IMG/VR virus record: IMGVR_UViG_3300005613_000049
Location: 5,309-69,308 of that record
Length of the DNA: 64,000 nucleotides
Strand: one strand, 5' to 3'
Source of the DNA: a virus
Shown here: one piece after another, positions 9,396 to 20,232 of the stretch
Layout: each line of letters starts with the position of its first letter
Numbering within the stretch: the first letter of the stretch is position 1
Translations under genes and position numbers: made by a program
Notes under the pieces: generated by a model
What the model was told of the DNA's origin: nothing
Databases searched by the model: none
Seen by the model: the letters and a program-made list of their open reading frames with translations, nothing else

Positions 9396-11810
9396 TTAAT
9401 TTACCACTTCATCAAGTATCTCTACCCACTTAGTAGGATCTAAATTCTTTCTCGCCCACTGTTTGGCAGCATTACCCATATCATAACATAAATCAGTTTT
9501 CCTCTGCAAAGTTTTAATATGCAATAAAAACTCATCATAATGACACGCAAAAAACCCAGTCTCACCTGCAATTATTCTAGAAGCTGGCCCATCACGTGGT
9601 TCTACAATACTAGGTAATCCACTAGCCATAGCTTCTGCGAGAACACGTGGATAATTATCCCGCCATTGATTAGATGTTCTATAAAGATAACAATGACCCC
9701 TACTTAAAAACTCATCAACACTCATAGCATTCCATTTATGAAACATCATCCTAGGTTCATCCTTAAAATATTCTATTAACTCTTTATGAGCCTCCATAAA
9801 TTCAAATCTTACATTCTTAGTATCTTTCAACATTCTACTATAAAATTTAGTATCTAATTCCTTAGCAAACTTCTTCTGCCACAAATGTATCTTATCACCC
9901 TTACCAATAGAACTCTCAGTAACAAACTTACGATAATCAGCTACTGAATGACGTAATACAACAAATTGGTCATTTTTATTTTCACGTTTTTTTGGACAAA
10001 CTTCTAAATATTTATTTAAATCTATAGCTCCAAAAAGTACTATTTGTTTAGTTTCTTCAAAACCAAGTCTATCCCTCTCGAACTCATCTCGTTTCTCGTG
10101 ATTTTGGAAAATCACTGCTTTTAATTTATTAGTAGAATCCAACCACCTACATTTGGGTAAACTACTATTGACATAATTAATACCTATAACTACACTAGAG
10201 CTCTTTTTTACTATATCCTCAGCTTCTCTACAGAATGACCCTATTTGGTCATTGGCATAAAATAACAAGGGTACATTATTTACCATGTGTTGCGACATAC
10301 CACCTTTAAAAGAATGTTCATTTATGTCAAACCCCTCTTTTATATAATTCTCATGTACTTTATCCCAAGGATGAAAATTAACTTTCCAACCATCTTTCCT
10401 AAGTAAATTAACTATCATACAAGCCGACTGCTCACCGCCTCCTTTGGAACTTAATGATGCAAGAACATTTATCTCCTTATCAGAAGTCCTAGGAGTAGGA
10501 CTATCAATTAACTTAACTTTTTTCTTCTTAGAAGTAACAGGATTCATATAAGTATAAATATTACCATCATAATATTTTTCAATACCACGAATAACATCTT
10601 GAGCAGTAATAACATCCATACATGATGGTATAGTCTTACCTTCAACTTCAACTGGTAACTGACAAAACCTAGTATTTCGTTTAGGATTAGTAGGTAATGG
10701 TATCACCCTCGAATGCCAACATCCACCATTATCACAGCACTTAAAAGATCCATTAGTGTGAAGTACTTGATGGTTACAATAAGCAGTAAATGATGTAGGT
10801 TCACGCCCTCCATAAATAGCTACACATGGTTTTCTTTCTTTCGAAAACCTAGGAGGTACAGCAGCAGCTAAATGCATAAGAAAAGAAACACCACTTACAC
10901 ATCCTTCTGAATGATATACTAATGGTATCAACCCTCTTACATCATCATTGAATTTATCTGTCAAATCAATAACACCTCTAAGTTTATCTACCAAATGATC
11001 ACTCCGTCCTATAGTTACAAACTTAATCATACCATCAAAATAATCTATCACGTCTTGAAATTTACGCCAATCCCATATTTTACAAGTACAATCGGATTTA
11101 CCACCAGGTGAAACAACCCAATATTTAATATTATTACCATAAAGATCATTAATTAAACTATATGACTTTTCCTTTTCTGTTAAATGTATATCTGCTCTTT
11201 GCCTACCAAAAACACTACTAAATTTATCTTGTTTACCAAAAACTTCTTGTAAATCCTCCGGCAAATGAGTTAATCCACCAACATGTCTTCTAGTACCATA
11301 TTTTTTATGTAATAATTTTAAAATTTCTGGACCTTTAATATCTCCATCAGCTTTACCAAAATCATAATCACCCACTTCCCCACCAGAAAAAACAGAAGCA
11401 AATTCACCTATAGACATTGGTAAACTTTCATAAGCATCGGCTATAGATATCATATTATACAAAAACCCCGATGTAAAATGCATATACGAATTATTACAAT
11501 TATTAATAATCGGATATCCAACTTTATAAAATTCTACACCAGGGTCTCCTTTTTTAATAGATCTATCTATATATGGGTTATTTTCCCAAATAGCTGGAAA
11601 ATTGTTATCTACATTAATTCTAATGTGTGGAAACAATAATTTAAAATCACGAACGCCACAAGTAAACATCAACCCATCTCCAATTGCACGCCCATGTTTA
11701 AATATTATTTTCCGTTCCCTAAAAGCGTTATCCACTTTTACCTTTGGCTCTACTGTTATCGGCAACAATTCACCAATTTTATTATCTTTATCCCTCATCT
11801 TCAATTTCAA
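9396..11810 (-). CDS. two-domain glycosyltransferase: GT9 (heptosyltransferase-like) fused to GT4-like
   Basis: N-half AIGDGLMFT, K.W....FQ.VI, SFLMHLAAA; C-half DNYPRVLAEAMASGLP. Confidence 0.7.
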   Translation of the reverse strand: MKLKMRDKDNKIGELLPITVEPKVKVDNAFRERKIIFKHGRAIGDGLMFTCGVRDFKLLFPHIRINVDNNFPAIWENNPYIDRSIKKGDPGVEFYKVGYPIINNCNNSYMHFTSGFLYNMISIADAYESLPMSIGEFASVFSGGEVGDYDFGKADGDIKGPEILKLLHKKYGTRRHVGGLTHLPEDLQEVFGKQDKFSSVFGRQRADIHLTEKEKSYSLINDLYGNNIKYWVVSPGGKSDCTCKIWDWRKFQDVIDYFDGMIKFVTIGRSDHLVDKLRGVIDLTDKFNDDVRGLIPLVYHSEGCVSGVSFLMHLAAAVPPRFSKERKPCVAIYGGREPTSFTAYCNHQVLHTNGSFKCCDNGGCWHSRVIPLPTNPKRNTRFCQLPVEVEGKTIPSCMDVITAQDVIRGIEKYYDGNIYTYMNPVTSKKKKVKLIDSPTPRTSDKEINVLASLSSKGGGEQSACMIVNLLRKDGWKVNFHPWDKVHENYIKEGFDINEHSFKGGMSQHMVNNVPLLFYANDQIGSFCREAEDIVKKSSSVVIGINYVNSSLPKCRWLDSTNKLKAVIFQNHEKRDEFERDRLGFEETKQIVLFGAIDLNKYLEVCPKKRENKNDQFVVLRHSVADYRKFVTESSIGKGDKIHLWQKKFAKELDTKFYSRMLKDTKNVRFEFMEAHKELIEYFKDEPRMMFHKWNAMSVDEFLSRGHCYLYRTSNQWRDNYPRVLAEAMASGLPSIVEPRDGPASRIIAGETGFFACHYDEFLLHIKTLQRKTDLCYDMGNAAKQWARKNLDPTKWVEILDEVVN

Positions 11811-12078
11811 TTCCCGATTCCTCCCCTATCCTTAAAATAAATTCTTTCATCAACTCTTTGTTTTTAACTGGGCCATGCACATGAAAGCGACCCGATAAAT
11901 CTCTTGTAACAATTAAATGATCTTTTACATTCTTTGCCTCAACTGGCAAAGCACGGTCAACACAAAAAGGACATTTCATCATAGTTTTTTTTCTCCCTTT
12001 CCTTTTATTTCTTTCCCTTATAATATTTTTTCTACGGTTTTTAGTTTTATCTTCTTTTCGTCTAGAAGGTGAACTCAT
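11788..12078 (-). CDS. hypothetical protein (basic N-terminus, CPFC)
   Basis: ORF coupled to its neighbours in the operon. Confidence 0.5.
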   Translation of the reverse strand: MSSPSRRKEDKTKNRRKNIIRERNKRKGRKKTMMKCPFCVDRALPVEAKNVKDHLIVTRDLSGRFHVHGPVKNKELMKEFILRIGEESGIEIEDEG

Positions 12079-12095
12079 TTATCATCCTTTGAATA

Positions 12096-12986
12096 TTAAT
12101 CTAATAAAACACCTGTTAAATTACCAAACATATATTGTCTAACTAATTTATCCAATCTATCTTTCAACCTCTTAATGGCAATATCTCTTTCCCTAAGACC
12201 AGGCGATGGGTCATAAACAGTTTGATCATCTCTAACTAAAGCCCCATTATCCACCATATCTTCGGCGGTCATATTTTCTAACAAATCTATAGCAGCTTGT
12301 AAAACTATGTGGTCTTGAGTAACAGTATCACTAGTCAATCCAGGTGGTATTAATGTGTCTCCATAACTTTCAAAAATTTCTCTATCTGAAAATTTAAATG
12401 TATAATACCAAACATCTACTGTATCAGCAGAGCTATCCAAGGTTCCAGAAAATGTAAGATACTGATATCCTTGAACAATAGGGTTGCCAAGAGTTGTTTT
12501 CTCATCACTGTTAACTGAAACATAAACTGGCCAGCACTTTTCTCCTAAATTAACTGTGTGGTTATCTAACTGTATAGCAGTTGACATTGTATAATCATCC
12601 GACCCATCTACATACAAACGACCAAGGGTTTTTAAATCACCTATTAAACGACGTATTTTTCTAATTATAACAGAGTCAGATTCCTCAAATACACATTCTG
12701 GCGGATAAGTTGCGAAATGATAAAGAGATGGACAAACACCTTGAACAGGGTCTGACCAACAACATTCTTCACCAGTACCGCTTTTATACATCGAAGATTT
12801 ATACCAAGTATCTGATGTACCTTCGGTGTGGGTGTAGGAATACCTAACAACACCTCCTACAATAACTACATTTGCTAAATATGTATAAGTACCTGTTTCT
12901 TCTGTAGATGTGTATATACGTATATAGTTATAGCCCATCCCTATATAAACATCAACATCATCCACTATCATTGTAAGTTGTATCAT
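12096..12986 (-). CDS. putative virion head-completion/neck protein
   Basis: Position downstream of the capsid gene; adaptor-like IRRLIGD and helical C-terminus; function is inference. Confidence 0.45.
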   Translation of the reverse strand: MIQLTMIVDDVDVYIGMGYNYIRIYTSTEETGTYTYLANVVIVGGVVRYSYTHTEGTSDTWYKSSMYKSGTGEECCWSDPVQGVCPSLYHFATYPPECVFEESDSVIIRKIRRLIGDLKTLGRLYVDGSDDYTMSTAIQLDNHTVNLGEKCWPVYVSVNSDEKTTLGNPIVQGYQYLTFSGTLDSSADTVDVWYYTFKFSDREIFESYGDTLIPPGLTSDTVTQDHIVLQAAIDLLENMTAEDMVDNGALVRDDQTVYDPSPGLRERDIAIKRLKDRLDKLVRQYMFGNLTGVLLD

Positions 12987-13005
12987 ATTTGATTAGACCT
13001 TTTAT

Positions 13006-13374
13006 TTATGAATAATTAAATCTAGCAGCTCTTTCATATACTTCCACATTAATGGTTCCAGAAACTGTACTAACAATATAAATTTGACCATCAGTATTAT
13101 CTTCCCACTCATTACCATGTGTTATTTCATACCCATCTGAATAGCTATCGGTAGCACTGTCTAATAAATAAACACTATTAGTGTCATCCGCATTTTTGAT
13201 TCTTAAAAAATTTCTACGTCCTAATGGGGTTAATGGTACTAATGAGGGCGTGCCAGAAGATACTGTCATTACAGTATACTTGACAATATCTGTACTATCC
13301 CTTCTTCCTATTTTGCTATCTATGGTATACGGAGAGGCTGTAGTTCGTGGATTACCAAAATCATTATATCCCAT
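13006..13374 (-). CDS. putative virion protein
   Basis: T/S-rich, beta-rich ORF within the head module. Confidence 0.4.
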   Translation of the reverse strand: MGYNDFGNPRTTASPYTIDSKIGRRDSTDIVKYTVMTVSSGTPSLVPLTPLGRRNFLRIKNADDTNSVYLLDSATDSYSDGYEITHGNEWEDNTDGQIYIVSTVSGTINVEVYERAARFNYS

Positions 13375-13395
13375 TTTATTACACTCCTATTAACC

Positions 13396-13872
13396 TTATC
13401 TTTTTATAATCTGTAACTCGCTAATCCTTTTTCTAATCATATTACATAATGTATCTTTACCAGACAATTTATTAGCAGAACTAAGCGCATATTTTAACGC
13501 AGAAATATCAGTTATTTTTGACAGTTTCTCACGAGCTTGTCTGACTGAAAAGTCCGCAATCTGCTCAGCAGAAACTCCTTTTTTAACATGTGGTGAAACC
13601 ATTTTATCGGTCTTTGGTAACTCACTGTCTACATCACTCTTTTCATCAACTATTTTATCGTTGTTACCCTCATTATATACTATTTGCCATACATTATTAT
13701 CTCTAAGTTTAACATGTCTAAGCCAATCAACAAATGAACTACCCTTTTCTAAACTGTGCTTTTCACCATATTGTTTATATAACTCATCCAATTCAACAGC
13801 CGCGCCGGGCCCTATCTCCCTTTTCATAGCATGTCTCCACAAATGAGTTTTATTTTTAACGTAACCATCCAT
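13396..13872 (-). CDS. hypothetical protein directly after the major capsid gene
   Basis: ORF with RBS GAGGA. Confidence 0.55.
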   Translation of the reverse strand: MDGYVKNKTHLWRHAMKREIGPGAAVELDELYKQYGEKHSLEKGSSFVDWLRHVKLRDNNVWQIVYNEGNNDKIVDEKSDVDSELPKTDKMVSPHVKKGVSAEQIADFSVRQAREKLSKITDISALKYALSSANKLSGKDTLCNMIRKRISELQIIKR

Positions 13873-14051
13873 AACCTTTTCCTCCTCTATTTTTATATAT
13901 TAATTATATCCCTTTTCTAGGTTTAACCTTATTAATAAAAAACGCCAATATTTAAAGATATGTTTATATTACATATATATTATACTCATAAACAATCCTA
14001 CCCCCAAATTGACGTATAGTTTTTAACTCTTATAACAATCTAAACTTATAT

Positions 14052-14082
14052 TATACCCACTACTATTAAAGTAGTGGGTATA
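14052..14082 (-). terminator. 13-bp stem hairpin downstream of the major capsid gene
   Basis: TATACCCACTACT-ATTAA-AGTAGTGGGTATA perfect inverted repeat. Confidence 0.65.
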
Positions 14083-14105
14083 TCACTATCTATCTAAAAC
14101 TACTA

Positions 14106-15176
14106 TTATAACGATCTATCAATAACACCCAAACCCAACATACGAGAATCAAGACAAGCAAACCCAATTTCTTCCCATCCAAAAAATCCCTGTTTTTGGA
14201 CTCTAAGAAGAGTTGGATCGTCATGAGCTTCATACTCTTTACGAATAGGCATTACAAGTGAGTCATTGACACTAAGATCAAAACCAATGATTTGTGTTTC
14301 ACCAAGAGTATCAACAGTACCATCAGCAGCTGTTTTATTTGCATTATCCAATGTATATTGATTATACACATTTCCAGCTGAGGCTATGAACTTACCATAA
14401 GCGGAATCACTACTATTAATATTATACAAACCAGTAGCCCCTAAATGTTGAACTTCGTGGAATGTTACATTCCATATACTTCCCATACCAGCAGCTTGAA
14501 AAATTTCTCTACGTGTAACTGGATCAATGTCTGTATCAGTCCATTCACGTATATCAGCTGCATCTTCAGGGGCAATATAAAGGTCTGTAAGTGTACGACC
14601 TACCCTTTTGAAACCTACTATCATTTTATTAATTAGCTCTTTCGATAAATACCCAGCCCCTGTAGCAGCTGGATTAATTTCATAAATAGGTGCAGGGCGC
14701 GAACCAAGTAACCCTTTACCAGAAAAAGAAGACGTAGCTGCGGGTAAAATAACACGCCAACCACATTCCTCCTCATAATCAGATAAACCTTTAGCAGCTT
14801 TCTCAGCAGCCCGTTGTGGTATATCAATTCTTGAATCCCTAGCATATGTAAGTTTCCAATCACCAGTAGCGTCTACAGAAAAAGTTGGTACAAATACCTC
14901 TTCACCAATACCTTCAATAAAATTCTGAGCAACATAACCTAAACCGGGTAATACCCATACTGGAATTTCAAAATCCTCAGCAACTGGATAACTGGCTTGT
15001 GCACCAGGCCCCAGGTTTTCTACCGAAAATAAATTTCTCATAATAGAATTAAGCTCAATCGATTGAAGAATTGGAGTAGTTAGAGCAGATGCAAAAGCTC
15101 TATATGCAGCGATACCCTCAGGGGTATTAATAGCAGCCGTAGCTTTAAAAAGATTCTTCATTTCCTTTGTATCCAT
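14106..15176 (-). CDS. major capsid protein (HK97-fold, putative)
   Basis: 356 aa; order portal-protease-scaffold-decoration-capsid; strong RBS AAGGAGG; C-terminal GFFGWEEIGF. Confidence 0.8.
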   Translation of the reverse strand: MDTKEMKNLFKATAAINTPEGIAAYRAFASALTTPILQSIELNSIMRNLFSVENLGPGAQASYPVAEDFEIPVWVLPGLGYVAQNFIEGIGEEVFVPTFSVDATGDWKLTYARDSRIDIPQRAAEKAAKGLSDYEEECGWRVILPAATSSFSGKGLLGSRPAPIYEINPAATGAGYLSKELINKMIVGFKRVGRTLTDLYIAPEDAADIREWTDTDIDPVTRREIFQAAGMGSIWNVTFHEVQHLGATGLYNINSSDSAYGKFIASAGNVYNQYTLDNANKTAADGTVDTLGETQIIGFDLSVNDSLVMPIRKEYEAHDDPTLLRVQKQGFFGWEEIGFACLDSRMLGLGVIDRSL

Positions 15177-15201
15177 ATCCTAACTATCCTCCTTAAAATA
15201 G

Positions 15202-15240
15202 TTTTGGATGCGTTTTAATTTTCTACGCATTAATCCAAAA
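15202..15240 (-). promoter_or_regulatory. imperfect hairpin in the capsid mRNA leader
   Basis: TTTTGGAT-GCGT...ACGC-ATTA-ATCCAAAA just upstream of the RBS. Confidence 0.35.
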
Positions 15241-15251
15241 TTCAATTACAA

Positions 15252-15848
15252 TTATATTAACAATTTAATCCGTATAGGATAAAGTGTAGTATTATTAATA
15301 TTAGCTTGGCATTGAGCAGCGCTAGCGCCATTCATTACCTTAGCAACAATATAACTTAAACTAAGCGGATCGTCTGTAGTTACCTTGGACGTACCGCCGT
15401 CATCTACATATAAACTGGTACCTGGCCTCATAATAGTAGTGCCAGGAGTAGCTACAGTATAATGAACCGTCTCCCAAATACCCAAATGGGCAACACCTAC
15501 TGGAGCTTGGTTAGTACCATCAATATCACCATTTGAATCATAAGATGGTTGTGCAATTACATCCGAAGATCCAAGATCTCCAGGCATCATATAACCGGCT
15601 GGATGAACATTATGATACCCCATTTTAACTTTCTGCATTAAAAAACCAAAAGGTCTTTTCTCATCAACAGATAGTCCATCTGCTTTAGTTCCATAAATAT
15701 TAACAACAGCATTTTGATTAGTAGCATCTTCATCTAGATAACATACAGCGCCAGCATAAGCTATTACACCACCAATTCCACCAGTCCCGCTAGTTGTAGC
15801 AAATTGGCAATATTGATTTTCTACAACCGGATGTCTAGGAATAAACAT
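15252..15848 (-). CDS. putative capsid decoration/cement protein
   Basis: Gly-rich 198 aa between scaffold and capsid; PFGFL motif. Confidence 0.6.
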   Translation of the reverse strand: MFIPRHPVVENQYCQFATTSGTGGIGGVIAYAGAVCYLDEDATNQNAVVNIYGTKADGLSVDEKRPFGFLMQKVKMGYHNVHPAGYMMPGDLGSSDVIAQPSYDSNGDIDGTNQAPVGVAHLGIWETVHYTVATPGTTIMRPGTSLYVDDGGTSKVTTDDPLSLSYIVAKVMNGASAAQCQANINNTTLYPIRIKLLI

Positions 15849-15883
15849 AATTATTTCCCTCCTTAAAATGTTTTTTAAAAGAA

Positions 15884-16648
15884 TTACTTATTAACTTTAC
15901 TGATATTTTCAGCCATCGCATTACCAAGTTCTTGGTATTTAGACAACAAATCTTTATTAGGCTGAACTTCCATATTTAACGCAGCAGCGACACTACGCAT
16001 AGCATTATCAGTGTTAATAGCAGCAACATCTATATCATTATCATCAGTATTGTTATTATCACTACCTACAGAATTATCGGTGGACGTGTCACTATTATTA
16101 TCATTACTATTATTATCATTACTATTATTATTAGACGCCTCTAATTCAGCAACAATAGCAGCACGTATAGCAATAAGTTCTTCTTTATAGGATAAAAAGT
16201 CATCATCGAGCATATCTCTAACTTTAGAAGCCTGATCTTCTATTTTAACAGCAGCTACTCCGGCTTGTTTTAATTCATCAAGCCTAACCTCTGTTAATTT
16301 ATCTTTTTCCATCTCTTGAATTTTAGATTCTGCATCTTCAGCCCGCTGAAGTATGTCAGATTTCTCAGTCTCAAGGTCAGACTTCTCTTGCTCAAGTGTT
16401 GACTTCTCATTCTGTAATGTGGTAATACTAGCTTCAAGAGTTTGTATTTTTTCATTAAAACTTGTGATCTCTGATTGTCTATCTATAAGTTCTTGGTCTT
16501 TTGCCTCTAAAGACTCATTTAACTCGTTAATAGTATCAGTTGATCTTTGTAAAGCTGTTTCAGTCGCCTTGATCATTTCGGATTCTTCTTTGTCTTTGAA
16601 GATATCATCCACAATCTTTTTGACATCATTACTAAGTTGATCACCCAT
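15884..16648 (-). CDS. putative scaffolding protein
   Basis: Acidic coiled coil with an N/D-rich linker, upstream of the capsid genes. Confidence 0.6.
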   Translation of the reverse strand: MGDQLSNDVKKIVDDIFKDKEESEMIKATETALQRSTDTINELNESLEAKDQELIDRQSEITSFNEKIQTLEASITTLQNEKSTLEQEKSDLETEKSDILQRAEDAESKIQEMEKDKLTEVRLDELKQAGVAAVKIEDQASKVRDMLDDDFLSYKEELIAIRAAIVAELEASNNNSNDNNSNDNNSDTSTDNSVGSDNNNTDDNDIDVAAINTDNAMRSVAAALNMEVQPNKDLLSKYQELGNAMAENISKVNK

Positions 16649-16759
16649 GAAGTTAAAACCTCCTCAATAATTTTTCGTACAAATATAAATTATATAACCA
16701 ATCTCTTTTATAATCATAAATCATAACCATATCCTTTACCATACAAATAAAAATAAATA

Positions 16760-17164
16760 TTAATTATTAAAAATTTGATTAGAAGACGAACTACTATATA
16801 AAGTGCTAGATGCTGCATCTCCCAAAAATACATAAACATCATAAGTGGCTGTCACATCGTTATTGGCTTGATGTAGCACTAAAGATGGCGTAGTAGTATC
16901 TTTCTCTACATAATATCTACCAGAGGCCACATTATTAGTTGGTGTTACCTGTACAACAGCGCTAGAAATCTTATAACCATGTATATCCATACCGCTGAGT
17001 ATACTCGCAGTGGTATTACCTGATGCTACAGTCACACTAGTCCCAATTAAAAAAGGAACTCTTCTACCATTACCTAAATTTCTATAGACAACGGTTTTAT
17101 TATCATCACCATTAATTCTAACAACTTTTGGTGTAAACCCTGTTGTTTTTAATGATTGTGGCAT
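16760..17164 (-). CDS. putative virion structural protein
   Basis: T/S/V-rich ORF within the head module. Confidence 0.45.
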   Translation of the reverse strand: MPQSLKTTGFTPKVVRINGDDNKTVVYRNLGNGRRVPFLIGTSVTVASGNTTASILSGMDIHGYKISSAVVQVTPTNNVASGRYYVEKDTTTPSLVLHQANNDVTATYDVYVFLGDAASSTLYSSSSSNQIFNN

Positions 17165-17179
17165 AAGCGGTTACCTCCC

Positions 17180-18307
17180 TTATTTATTTGTATTTAATAA
17201 AACTAATTCTAATTCAGATAACAAAGATTTTCTTTTATCTTTACTTACAAACTCGTCCATCTTTGCTTTAGCATAACTTTCTGACTCCCTTTCAGCCACT
17301 CTTCTTAAACAATTTGGATCAGTGACGTCCCTTGAAAAAGAAGTGCATTCTCTATCATATAAAGTACACCAATTTTCATGGAGAACTTTCACATCAGGTC
17401 CCTCATAAGTAGCATCTATAACCCTTCTCCTAAAATTCACACATATACCTACGCTCGTCTGTCTAAGAGTATCTACATCTGCATCTTCCTTGTCCTTATC
17501 CGTGACAACTTTAACGCCTTCGCCGTCTACTTTATTCATATCCTTATTGTCAGACATGTTACTATCTTTATTATTATGTATATCATCCATATTAATAACT
17601 ATATCAGTATCACCATCAAGCTGTTTTTTAGCAGTTTCTAAAACTACCGACCTAGGATTTGCTGGGTTTTTAACAACACCACACCCAGAAAATAATAAAG
17701 ATCTTAATACTCTACTAACACTACCAGAAGACAGTTCTTTACCATTTTTTATTACTTTAGCTAATTTTCCCATCCACGAATTTACAAATCCCAACGCCTC
17801 AGCTTCTTTTCTAGACATTATAATATTGTCTATTTTAACATCATAGTCCTGAAAATAGGTCTCCATTGATAACTTCCATTTACTATCAGATATTTCTTTA
17901 GCTAATTCTGGGAACCTACTTTTGTAAATAATTCCAGCTATAACAACATCAATGTCCATTTTATTCAATTCAGTCTCATCTAAAGACCCCAAGTCTTCTA
18001 TACTCAACGTAGCGCCTTTTCTATTTATTAGAGCATTACTAAAAATGTGACCCACTATCTGGTCTTCCTTATGCTCTATATCAATTGCCTTATTATTTAT
18101 ACTAGGCACAGCTTTTATTAATTCAGAAGGCATAAAAAAGGCATGATTTAAATTTTCACCACTACTAACAAAAATACCACTGAAAAACATCAAATCAGTG
18201 GTCTTATTCTTTGGAAATTCCACAATAGAGGCAGCTGCCTTTCTTAAAGCATCTGTCTCCTCCACTATTTTTATATCAGCTTCAAGTGTAAATTTGTTGT
18301 CTTTCAC
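17180..18307 (-). CDS. putative prohead protease
   Basis: NLNH.FF, IDIEH...IVGH, LSME, FSGCGVVKNPANPRS; follows the portal gene. Confidence 0.7.
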   Translation of the reverse strand: MKDNKFTLEADIKIVEETDALRKAAASIVEFPKNKTTDLMFFSGIFVSSGENLNHAFFMPSELIKAVPSINNKAIDIEHKEDQIVGHIFSNALINRKGATLSIEDLGSLDETELNKMDIDVVIAGIIYKSRFPELAKEISDSKWKLSMETYFQDYDVKIDNIIMSRKEAEALGFVNSWMGKLAKVIKNGKELSSGSVSRVLRSLLFSGCGVVKNPANPRSVVLETAKKQLDGDTDIVINMDDIHNNKDSNMSDNKDMNKVDGEGVKVVTDKDKEDADVDTLRQTSVGICVNFRRRVIDATYEGPDVKVLHENWCTLYDRECTSFSRDVTDPNCLRRVAERESESYAKAKMDEFVSKDKRKSLLSELELVLLNTNK

Positions 18308-18375
18308 TACACAACCCTCCCTATAAAAATTATCCTCTCTATATAATAGAGGTTAGATAATTACATTGTATTAAA

Positions 18376-20232
18376 TTACTGTCTTAATAACTCCAACTCT
18401 TTCAAAAACAACTCAAAACTAGCCTTATCCATACCACGCACAGCCTCTGCCAGACTCGTATTGGCGGATTGTGGCTTAACGCCAGGCTGTTGGCTAGGCG
18501 ATTTCTTTTTCACCTTAGTTTTGTCCTGTACATCAGTATTAGTTTGTTTCTTTTTAGCAGGTTTGCCTGGAGTACGACTAGTCTGAACTGGTTGTTTAGA
18601 TTGTTGAAATGGACTACCAGTTATACCAAGTGTACCATCTAACACTGAAGGCAGTTCATTCCCCATATTATTAAATTCATTGTTATAGTCAAACCCAAGT
18701 TGCTCTAAAGCGGTCCTATAGGACAACATACGTCTATCTACAAGTTGTGCAATAGTACTCATATACAATATTATATCCCTTAAAATTGTATTATCCCACC
18801 TCACTTTAGGAAACCTGTCAAACCCAACAGCTGAAGCTATTTGTTGATACTCATTATATATCCATCTTGTTACTTGACGCCTAGCATAGTTAATTTCCTC
18901 TATTAAAGTCCTAACTAATAAACCAGACTCAGGAACACTTACATCAGTTACACCATCTATAAAAGCTCTAGAAAAAGCTAACGCCCCAGTTATATCTTCA
19001 TTTACTTGTTGATACTTATCTTGTCCTAATATATCACCAATCTCTGGTGATATTATCTTTTCAACAGATAGTGTGTGATTCCAAACCACATCAAAACTCT
19101 TAGATGGTGTATCAAATATTTTTGCAACAGATTCTAACTGAGTTTGATCAGTTACTGGGTATTCGTCATTACCTACTGTTATTTTTAATATGGAATTTGT
19201 AATACCATCTAAAGTACTAAGATCTGCCTCTCTTAATGAGTTTTTATATTCCAAAGAATCAAAAGCTTTAGACCCTCTAGGCTTTGCATATCGCTCATAT
19301 GGCATTTTACGATAATCTACAACTCCTACATATTGTGGGTCCAGTTTAATATTACCAGCAGTTATTTGTGATTTAAATTCTGATGGCAAACTTTTAACAA
19401 CCATTTTTTCTTCATCTGTAAGTTCGGACTGTGGTTTATCAACCATCTTTTTCAACTCATCAGATGGTTCTAATGTAACAATAGTGTTATCAAAAAGTAA
19501 ACTACCCTCTATAGTTATCAAAAGCGGATTCAAAACAGTATACGCAACGGGTAAATACCCCTTGGACCACACTTTCTTTTTAGCCGCCAAAGCTCTTTTT
19601 TTATCCAACCCTTTAGATGCATTATCTTCCCTCGTTTTCTGTATCTTTGCCTGTCTATCTATAACACTTTTAAGAATACCACGCTCTACTTTTTGACCAG
19701 GTATTGGAGACAAATAACTAATGCCTGGTTCATATTTACTAATAATTTTATAAGTCCTAACCATACCAATTCTAAAAAAATCAAAAAATATCCATTCCAA
19801 TATCTGTTTAAAATTAACATCAAAACACCAAGTATCGTAGTATGCTTTTATTTTATCATCATCAATGTCATTTTCAAATCCCTTTGAGGCGAGGTTTGTC
19901 AAAATATCTATATGTGATCCATACACATCATTCTCAAAATAATATCTCATAGCCCGCTTAAAAACATTTCTTGGATCATCATCATACACTGATTTTTTGA
20001 TAAGGTCTAAAACAGATCTATCCACTACATCTCTTCTTAAAGTAGCAGCTGATTCAAATGGTCTTGATCTTATCGCTTTATCATTTGGTAAAGATGCTAA
20101 AACCTTATTAGTTGGTTTTAAATAAAAGGAAGCTTTTCCACTATCTGAATCTACATCTATTTTACGTATACCAACGTCCGGATACTTAGTTTTTAATTCA
20201 TCTGTTATTTTTCCTAAATCTACTGGATTCAT
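18376..20232 (-). CDS. portal protein (putative)
   Basis: 618 aa between TerL and protease; ILKITVG. Confidence 0.75.
   Translation of the reverse strand: MNPVDLGKITDELKTKYPDVGIRKIDVDSDSGKASFYLKPTNKVLASLPNDKAIRSRPFESAATLRRDVVDRSVLDLIKKSVYDDDPRNVFKRAMRYYFENDVYGSHIDILTNLASKGFENDIDDDKIKAYYDTWCFDVNFKQILEWIFFDFFRIGMVRTYKIISKYEPGISYLSPIPGQKVERGILKSVIDRQAKIQKTREDNASKGLDKKRALAAKKKVWSKGYLPVAYTVLNPLLITIEGSLLFDNTIVTLEPSDELKKMVDKPQSELTDEEKMVVKSLPSEFKSQITAGNIKLDPQYVGVVDYRKMPYERYAKPRGSKAFDSLEYKNSLREADLSTLDGITNSILKITVGNDEYPVTDQTQLESVAKIFDTPSKSFDVVWNHTLSVEKIISPEIGDILGQDKYQQVNEDITGALAFSRAFIDGVTDVSVPESGLLVRTLIEEINYARRQVTRWIYNEYQQIASAVGFDRFPKVRWDNTILRDIILYMSTIAQLVDRRMLSYRTALEQLGFDYNNEFNNMGNELPSVLDGTLGITGSPFQQSKQPVQTSRTPGKPAKKKQTNTDVQDKTKVKKKSPSQQPGVKPQSANTSLAEAVRGMDKASFELFLKELELLRQ

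Noticed and set aside
16040-16135. ATT/ATC-rich microsatellite-like tract
   Set aside because: Explained by the N/D-rich linker coded in the scaffold gene
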